A DNA stretch of 64,000 nt, taken from the IMG/VR virus record IMGVR_UViG_3300017991_002758, positions 35,602-99,601 of that record. One strand, 5' to 3'. The notes below the pieces were generated by a model that had not been told where the DNA came from, did not search any database, and worked only from the letters and a program-made list of their open reading frames with translations. The DNA comes from a virus. Both the position numbers and the translations under genes were made by a program. This document shows, in pieces, positions 58,055 to 64,000 of this stretch. Every line of letters starts with the position of its first letter. Within the stretch, counting starts at the first letter, position 1.

Positions 58055-58554
58055 GCGGCGAGCAATTGCCACTGCCGACCTCAGCGGCCAGGGGGATCTC
58101 TCTGGCACAGGCGAAGCGCGAGATGCTGGCCAAAGTAGAGGACGGTGCGCCATGCCCATGTTGTGGCCGCTTGGTGAAGTTATACAAGAGAAAACTTCAT
58201 TCGGAGATGGCCGCCTTCCTCTGCCGCCTAGTTCGCAAATACCAACATGAGCAGAGATATTATTCAACGCGAGAGCTTTGCCCTGCGTTGACCAAATCGG
58301 CTACTGACGGATCATACCTTGTGCTTTGGGACCTGATCGAAAAGGAGCCTTCGGAGAATCACGCCGGCGGCAAAGCCGGGATGTACAGGCCAACAATTCA
58401 CGGCCAGGAATTCGTCCTTGGGTACACTACCGTTAAGTCTCATGTACATCTGCTTTGCGGAGAGGTCATCGGATTTTCCGACGACTACATTCACATCAAA
58501 GAAGCCCTGGGCAGTCGCTTCAATTACGAAGAGCTCATGGGCAGAAAGGATTAA
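58051..58554 (+). CDS. Zn-finger / winged-helix-like protein
   Basis: CPCCG, W.LIE, G.YR.T..G..F. Confidence 0.55.
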   Translation: MSGEQLPLPTSAARGISLAQAKREMLAKVEDGAPCPCCGRLVKLYKRKLHSEMAAFLCRLVRKYQHEQRYYSTRELCPALTKSATDGSYLVLWDLIEKEPSENHAGGKAGMYRPTIHGQEFVLGYTTVKSHVHLLCGEVIGFSDDYIHIKEALGSRFNYEELMGRKD

Positions 58555-58559
58555 GGGAG

Positions 58560-58907
58560 ATGGAAGATCAAAAGAAAGAAGAGCAAAAAATTTACAAGGT
58601 CGGAGAGTATTATGTTCCTGCCCAGATGATGGCCGCCATCCAGCGGTACATCAAACACAAATATCCAGTGGGCGATTTTCTTACCGCTGTCATCACCAAC
58701 AATTTAAAGGAGTCCATAAACAGGGCAGATGATAATAATCTGAAAAACCTACCGGCGTTCGTGCACTTCTTTTACAACGAAGCGCCACCTCAATGCTGGG
58801 GCTCAGTTGAGAATATGAAAAACTGGTTGGAATCCGGCGTTGCCGAGAGGGAGAAAAGACAGAATGAGTCGCAAAAAGATCAAACTGCCCAAGGCCCGGA
58901 AAGGTAA
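58560..58907 (+). CDS. Conserved phage hypothetical protein
   Basis: GDFL.AV..NNL....RAD..N...P..CWGS. Confidence 0.6.
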   Translation: MEDQKKEEQKIYKVGEYYVPAQMMAAIQRYIKHKYPVGDFLTAVITNNLKESINRADDNNLKNLPAFVHFFYNEAPPQCWGSVENMKNWLESGVAEREKRQNESQKDQTAQGPER

Positions 58908-59292
58908 AGTACGCGGCCGTCGGCAAACAGAAAGATTGGGCCAACTCGAACGAAACTTAGCACGGCAAAACATTCAGGATAATGCTCGCCGTCGTCGGCT
59001 GACGAAAAGGGATTTGATTACTGGGGAGATCTATGTGCTATCACTCCTGGCGCTGAAGGACAAGAAGTGGGTAACCGAATACAAGAAAGGGCTCGACGAG
59101 GCCTTGGCAGCAGCACCAATTACAGCAGAGGATCAGGCGGAAGCGATTCGTGGATATCTCCAGGGATGCGTCGATGCCGGACACATGGTGACCTTGGAAT
59201 GCGGCCGCGGTGATATTCCTTCATGTCGTGTTTATCAGGGCGAGAATGCCAGGGTAGTGGTCATTCGCCAAGACGATCCGGACCTTCAGTAG
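58864..59292 (+). CDS. Hypothetical protein
   Basis: Basic N-terminus; tight packing. Confidence 0.5.
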   Translation: MSRKKIKLPKARKGKVRGRRQTERLGQLERNLARQNIQDNARRRRLTKRDLITGEIYVLSLLALKDKKWVTEYKKGLDEALAAAPITAEDQAEAIRGYLQGCVDAGHMVTLECGRGDIPSCRVYQGENARVVVIRQDDPDLQ

Positions 59293-59293
59293 C

Positions 59294-60325
59294 ATGGTAG
59301 ACCTGCGGACAAAAATAGCAGCCTTGCAGCGACTCGCTGATAATCCCGGGGCAACATCTCATGAAAAAGAGAATGCCCTTCGAAGGATCAAGCAGATCGA
59401 GGAACGTCACGGTATAAATCACAAGAAAGATGAACAGCAGCAGTTTGGCCGTCAGCCTGGATTCGGCTATTCAAACATGTCCTTCGTGGATTTAATGCGC
59501 GCAATGGCCAGAGATCTCGGAATAGATTTCGACGATCAGATGAGGCCCATCTATTCAGGCAGGAATGGCCCCGCGTCGAGGCCAAGGAGGTCGGAGCAGT
59601 GCTACGATGTGGGAGAGACCCCCAGGGCCTCCTGGGACGACTTCGCGGTGGGCGCCGACGGCGAGCGTCCGCCAGTGCATCCTAATTGCCGATGCCATCA
59701 CCATCCACATCCATTTCCAGGAGAATTATTCAACAGCGGCTGGCTGGAATATCAGTTGATTAATAGTCCAGGTAGATACGGCAGGGTAAAGACTTTTTCT
59801 ATGGACCGCGATCTGCGTACCATGGATACAATATTCTCCTGGGCATGTCCAAAGTGCGGAAAGCTTGCGTCTCTGCGTATTAGCGAAGATGTTTTTATTG
59901 ACGCTTACAATACCAGCGAAGCCATGAGATCAATAGGAACGGATTTATTTCAGAGGCTCAACGGCGAGCGAGACAATATGTGCGAAGCATGCAGCGCTCG
60001 CTATTCGAAGATTAGATTTGACGGCCGAAGGCTCAGCGAATTCGCCGACTTCGTAATGGCCAGATGGGAGGAATTCAAGAACCTCGGAAATCAGGGACCA
60101 TATGGATATGTGGAACACCTTGCCAGGCATCCTGTTACCGACGAGCACGTGGATTTCCAGTGGAAATGCCGTGGGTGCGGCCAGATCTGCCGGTACCGGA
60201 TAGACTGGAGGGAGGTGAGTAAGTTGGTCAAGAACGGCCTGGTCGAGGAGTTCCTGGGCCATAGGCTGTTTAGAATTTTCAGCGGATACGACGACAATCG
60301 CTGCGATAATTGCAGCGGGAAATAG
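59294..60325 (+). CDS. DUF2786-like N-terminus plus duplicated Zn-ribbon modules
   Basis: KI.AL..LA...GAT.HE.ENA; CPKC..CEAC and CRGC..CDNC. Confidence 0.55.
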   Translation: MVDLRTKIAALQRLADNPGATSHEKENALRRIKQIEERHGINHKKDEQQQFGRQPGFGYSNMSFVDLMRAMARDLGIDFDDQMRPIYSGRNGPASRPRRSEQCYDVGETPRASWDDFAVGADGERPPVHPNCRCHHHPHPFPGELFNSGWLEYQLINSPGRYGRVKTFSMDRDLRTMDTIFSWACPKCGKLASLRISEDVFIDAYNTSEAMRSIGTDLFQRLNGERDNMCEACSARYSKIRFDGRRLSEFADFVMARWEEFKNLGNQGPYGYVEHLARHPVTDEHVDFQWKCRGCGQICRYRIDWREVSKLVKNGLVEEFLGHRLFRIFSGYDDNRCDNCSGK

Positions 60326-60334
60326 GAGGAGGAT

Positions 60335-60550
60335 ATGAAAATAAAAATAGAGATAGCGATTGCAATGCTGATCGGGATCTTGCTTGGGGTTCTAATCTGC
60401 ATTGGTGATGACCGTGTTTCCCCGGCACAGGCGCAGCAGTTCGAGCAAACGCCGGCGCATGACCAATTCCTACGAGCCCAGGACCGACAGGCGCGAGCAT
60501 TGGAGAGCATCGCGAGCTCGCTAAATAACCTGGAAAGGAAAACACGATGA
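60335..60550 (+). CDS. Small membrane/exported protein
   Basis: N-terminal TM; SD GGAGG. Confidence 0.55.
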   Translation: MKIKIEIAIAMLIGILLGVLICIGDDRVSPAQAQQFEQTPAHDQFLRAQDRQARALESIASSLNNLERKTR

Positions 60551-61059
60551 AGGCCATTACACTGTGGCCCGAGTGGGCATGGGCCGTTTGCCGCCTGGGT
60601 AAAAATGTTGAGAATCGAACATGGGATTCGAGCTTGTACATGGGTGAACAGTTTGCCATCCACGCCGGCATGGCATTCGGTGGGGCTAAAGGTGAGCGAC
60701 TCACATGGAGAGAAACCTTTGAGCCTTTGGTAATAATGGCCACACGAGCCGGCTGGCGAATGTCCTACGATCCGAAGCGTCATGCGCTTGAAGGGTACAG
60801 TACAAATAAGAGTGCCACGTTCAGCCAAAGCGTAGTCGGTATTCCGACAGGTTCAATCGTAGCCGTTGCGACGTTCATTGGAGCATTGCGGGTTCCCGGA
60901 GATGCACCAGGGGAATGGCCGTGGTGGGCTGAGGATCAGTTTGGATGGACATTCGACGATCTCCTGATATTGCCCGAACCTGTTAAATGCAGAGGCCGCC
61001 AACGCCTATGGAATATACCCGATGATGTTATGGCGAAAGTGGAATCTCAACTGGGCTGA
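60547..61059 (+). CDS. ASCH-domain protein
   Basis: KAITL.PEWAWA....K.VENRTW....AIHAG...P.P..CRG.Q.LW. Confidence 0.88.
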   Translation: MKAITLWPEWAWAVCRLGKNVENRTWDSSLYMGEQFAIHAGMAFGGAKGERLTWRETFEPLVIMATRAGWRMSYDPKRHALEGYSTNKSATFSQSVVGIPTGSIVAVATFIGALRVPGDAPGEWPWWAEDQFGWTFDDLLILPEPVKCRGRQRLWNIPDDVMAKVESQLG

Positions 61060-61085
61060 ACGATCTTCCTGATGCGATCATTATC

Positions 61086-61114
61086 TTGCTTTTGTGGACA
61101 CAAAATTGTAGCCT
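61086..61114 (+). promoter_or_regulatory. Sigma70-like promoter with the same dyad operator as ssb (inverted)
   Basis: TTGCTT-17 bp-TAGCCT; TTTTGTGGACACAAAA at 61090-61105. Confidence 0.6.
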
Positions 61115-61121
61115 CCATAGC

Positions 61122-61637
61122 ATGGATGTTATCATTGGAATTGACCCAGGGGCTACGTCAGGGTGGGCAGTTTTGACTGTAGAAGTTCAACCAAGACTGT
61201 TGCTGTCCGACAGCATGAGTTGGCCGAAGACTGGAACGCCGAAGGACAATGCGGCGAACACTCCAACAGCTATTGTACGCTCAGTAATTGACGCCATGGT
61301 TCAGTCCGGACATACCGTCATCGGAGCGGCGATAGAGGATCAATACCTCAGCGTAAACCCGGATTCCATGAAGAAGCTGGCACGCAATGGAGGCAGATGG
61401 GAGGAGGCCTGTCGCAGCCTCGGCATCCCGGTTGAATGGATAAACACACAGACCTGGCAAACGAAGGAGCTCGGGACGTGTCGCATCGACAGCAAGGAAG
61501 TGAAACGGCGTTGCAATGCCAAGGCGCGTGGCCTATGGGGAACAAAGGTAAAGGACCACGAGGCCGATGCTTCGATCATCGGCCGGTACCACGCAATCCG
61601 AAAGGCGTTTGCTGACCTCAGGAGGCGCCGCAAATGA
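61122..61637 (+). CDS. RuvC-like Holliday junction resolvase
   Basis: IGIDPG..SGWA, AIEDQY, W, DH.ADA. Confidence 0.8.
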   Translation: MDVIIGIDPGATSGWAVLTVEVQPRLLLSDSMSWPKTGTPKDNAANTPTAIVRSVIDAMVQSGHTVIGAAIEDQYLSVNPDSMKKLARNGGRWEEACRSLGIPVEWINTQTWQTKELGTCRIDSKEVKRRCNAKARGLWGTKVKDHEADASIIGRYHAIRKAFADLRRRRK

Positions 61638-61903
61638 CGATCCCATACCAAGTTGAATGTCCGTTTTGCGGCCGGACTCTGACCGTGGTGGAAACGACTA
61701 ACCGGGAACAGGCGCATGTCGGTTTGGTCTATGTGTCGACCAAGTGTACCGATTGCAACGCCAGGATCGACGGCGCCGGCGTCGGTGAAAACGCTGCTCG
61801 AGTAGCGATGAACGACAAGCTCAGAAAACGGATCGGTACACGGCCCGAACAGTGGAACATCAGACCCAGCGGAAGGACGCGAAGGCGAGGGCCCAGAAGA
61901 TGA
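61634..61903 (+). CDS. Zn-ribbon protein (Lar-like CPFCG)
   Basis: CPFCG...CTDC. Confidence 0.55.
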   Translation: MTIPYQVECPFCGRTLTVVETTNREQAHVGLVYVSTKCTDCNARIDGAGVGENAARVAMNDKLRKRIGTRPEQWNIRPSGRTRRRGPRR

Positions 61904-62061
61904 AGAGCAAGGACAACAAAACGAAACTGGTCAAGGTCAGGGTTACCGAGACTGACGAGGCCCGGCTCAAGGAACTGGCGGAAGAGCAGGGTTTGACCCT
62001 TTCCGAGTACATGCGAAGGCGTGGGCTCCGGAGGCGCAAATGCAGGGAAGAGGAGCAGTAG
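61900..62061 (+). CDS. Ribbon-helix-helix DNA-binding protein
   Basis: VKVRVT..D...L..LA...GLTLSEYMR. Confidence 0.75.
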   Translation: MKSKDNKTKLVKVRVTETDEARLKELAEEQGLTLSEYMRRRGLRRRKCREEEQ

Positions 62062-62285
62062 TCCGTGAAGAGGCACAATGCCCCGTTTGCAATGAATGGT
62101 TCGAGCTTAAATGCGAGGACTTTATCGCGCCGTTCGTCGAGCGCGACGACCTGGGTAACGAGATTGTCTCGCCGGTCCACGTATGGGGTTGGTGGTGGAA
62201 GGACACCCACAATGGAGGTGGGTGCCCGGGATGTGGCGCTGTGGTTCTGGTCGAGAGCGAATGCAATATAAGGAGGGTCGTATGA
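62040..62285 (+). CDS. Zn-ribbon protein
   Basis: CPVC...CPGC; start uncertain. Confidence 0.45.
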   Translation: MQGRGAVVREEAQCPVCNEWFELKCEDFIAPFVERDDLGNEIVSPVHVWGWWWKDTHNGGGCPGCGAVVLVESECNIRRVV

Positions 62286-62794
62286 ACGGTCAGTCACCAA
62301 AGTTGAATGGAAGAACGCCGGCCGTCGCGCTGGTGATTGCAATAACCAGTTTGATCCCGTCAGTGACCGGGTTGGTTACAGCAATCCGCGACAGCGGAGA
62401 GGACGACGCGGCAATGGCATATCAGCTACTCGCCCAACGCATTGATTTCCTTGAGAAACAAATAGCAAAAAGCGAGGAGGCATATGCCAGTGAAATTGCT
62501 GACCTAGAGGAGGATCTTGAGCAGGCGCGTGAGATGACACGTAAGATGGTCAACTGGGTCAAGGTGCTGGAAGATCAGATAGGGACAATGCCGACGGCCG
62601 TTGCATCGCGACCTCCATCCAGGAGACCGGCCGCGGCCTCGTTGCCGATTGAAAAACCAACGGCAGAGGATCTATTGATAGACTTGGATATTGAAGACGA
62701 GGAAGAGGCAGAGGAGCCGGAGTTGCCGGCGCCTCAAATTCAACAGCAGTCACCGCTTCCACCTTCGCTGGATAGTGCGAAGGCGAAACAGTGA
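62282..62794 (+). CDS. Membrane-anchored coiled-coil protein
   Basis: SD AGGAGG; N-terminal hydrophobic helix. Confidence 0.55.
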   Translation: MNGQSPKLNGRTPAVALVIAITSLIPSVTGLVTAIRDSGEDDAAMAYQLLAQRIDFLEKQIAKSEEAYASEIADLEEDLEQAREMTRKMVNWVKVLEDQIGTMPTAVASRPPSRRPAAASLPIEKPTAEDLLIDLDIEDEEEAEEPELPAPQIQQQSPLPPSLDSAKAKQ

Positions 62795-62888
62795 TGCATA
62801 TTTTTGGGCTTTAAAATCTGCATACTGGCGCGGAACGCAGATTTTCGCGCCTGATAATTTGCGCATGCCCAAGGAAGGGGTTTCAATT

Positions 62889-63065
62889 ATGGACATGAAC
62901 AGGAACACGATGGAAAGCCAGGGCCAGAAGCCGGTTCTGAAAAAGCATCTCAGGGTAGTACAAGCACAGCCGTCGAAGAAGGAGATGGTATGGACCTGCA
63001 ATGAATGTCAGGCCGCGAATTCCATCAAGGACCAGCAATGCGCCACATGCGGAGCGCCGCGATGA
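62889..63065 (+). CDS. Small RanBP2-type Zn-finger protein
   Basis: W.C..C...N......C..C...R. Confidence 0.55.
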   Translation: MDMNRNTMESQGQKPVLKKHLRVVQAQPSKKEMVWTCNECQAANSIKDQQCATCGAPR

Positions 63066-63349
63066 TAAACTTCAGAGAAATACCGGAGGTCAAGGAGCGA
63101 TTAGAGATCAATCAAAGACAGGTCTTCGACCAACTGTTGCCAGCAATGGGGCAGAAGATTCTTTTGGAGGTTGAGGTTACCGATCCTTATTTGATGCAGA
63201 TTGTCTTGATCTCTGTGGTCACTGAGAAGTCACCGCTGGGCGTGCCTGGCGCTAAGATCCTTGTAGGCCATTTCGATGGAGACAAATCGATCATCAGGAG
63301 TTGGCTCGAGAAGAGAATTGTCGAGATAGATAACGGCAGCGGAGTTTAA
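63062..63349 (+). CDS. Hypothetical protein
   Basis: ATGA overlap. Confidence 0.5.
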   Translation: MINFREIPEVKERLEINQRQVFDQLLPAMGQKILLEVEVTDPYLMQIVLISVVTEKSPLGVPGAKILVGHFDGDKSIIRSWLEKRIVEIDNGSGV

Positions 63350-63407
63350 TGATGCGGAATAGAATATAAGTATCGGCGACGATTGCCTGTCGCCAAAAGG
63401 AGGGATT

Positions 63408-64000
63408 ATGAAACGCATTATTATTGGACTTTTTTTCGTTGCATTTTTCGGATGCTCTGCCGAGGTTCCTAGGTTTGAAAACGACGAGCTGGATTCAAAC
63501 TTCGATGTTATTGACCAGTCAGATTCAGATGCTACTGAGGGGACTGACTCCGATGATGACACTTCAGTTGATACCGACACGGACACCGACACCGACACGG
63601 ACATCGACACGGACTCCGACTCGGATACGGACACCGACTCGGACGCGGACACCGACACTGATTCGGATACAAGCTCAGAAGATATAGATGAAGATGGAGA
63701 TGGGTGGGGTAGCGATCTGGATTGCGATGATGAAAATGAGGAGATAAACCCTGGTGCCGAAGAAATATACGATCCGCCAAATGGCATAGATGAAGATTGC
63801 GATGGGCTGACGGACGAGGAACCTTCAGGGGATTCCGACACCGACACCGACACTGACGCGGACACCGACACCGATACGGACACCGACACCGACACCGACA
63901 CCGACAACAAGACCAAGGCGTTCAAAATGGCGGGCGGCAACCTGGTCGGCGGCAGCGGCTCCGAAGCGCCGAAAGCCTGCTCCATCCTCGACCCTGAATG
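63408..64000 (+). CDS. Lipoprotein with Asp-Thr repeats and a MopE-like metal-binding motif (runs off window; absent from the ORF track)
   Basis: MKRIIIGLFFVAFFGC lipobox; (DT)n; DEDGDG...DCDD....INPGAEE...NGIDEDCDG; SD AGGAGG. Confidence 0.8.
   Translation, partial: MKRIIIGLFFVAFFGCSAEVPRFENDELDSNFDVIDQSDSDATEGTDSDDDTSVDTDTDTDTDTDIDTDSDSDTDTDSDADTDTDSDTSSEDIDEDGDGWGSDLDCDDENEEINPGAEEIYDPPNGIDEDCDGLTDEEPSGDSDTDTDTDADTDTDTDTDTDTDTDNKTKAFKMAGGNLVGGSGSEAPKACSILDPE

Noticed and set aside
5564-60335. TAG recoding or readthrough: many genes end in TAG, and roughly half of those I checked are in frame with the next gene
   Set aside because: TAG is usually part of the next SD (TAGGAGG), known proteins are full length under the standard code, and no suppressor tRNA is visible; translational coupling explains it
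63230-63985. Minus-strand Ser-Val repeat ORF
   Set aside because: Antisense of the Asp-Thr lipoprotein, which has an SD and a lipobox

Overview
This window is a 64-kb internal segment of a tailed phage or prophage with a contractile tail. Essentially all genes are on the + strand. Region 1-27.7 kb is the tail module: sheath end, tube, tail chaperone with a programmed -1 frameshift, tape measure, hub, spike, gp25, baseplate J and I, plus an unusually large set of accessory fibre/lectin proteins, including a His-repeat fibre. Region 27.9-37.7 kb is an early/accessory region behind two related AT-rich promoter-like sequences. It contains a three-gene module (unknown protein, MoxR/RavA-type AAA+ ATPase, vWA protein). 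A complete type I hammerhead ribozyme (33730-33792) sits between the first two genes, and a 97-nt hairpin lies further downstream. Region 37.8-44.5 kb holds an XRE regulator, a Cas4-like protein, YqaJ exonuclease, RecT, HNH, a replication initiator with an internal ori-like structure, and DnaB. Region 44.5-64 kb holds dispersed lysis genes, SSB, a DNA methyltransferase, ASCH, RuvC-like and RHH proteins, many small Zn-finger genes, and a Myxococcota-style Asp/Thr-repeat lipoprotein that runs off the window. I saw no capsid, terminase, integrase, tRNA, CRISPR array or reverse transcriptase. All family assignments come from motif recognition by eye; no database searches were run.
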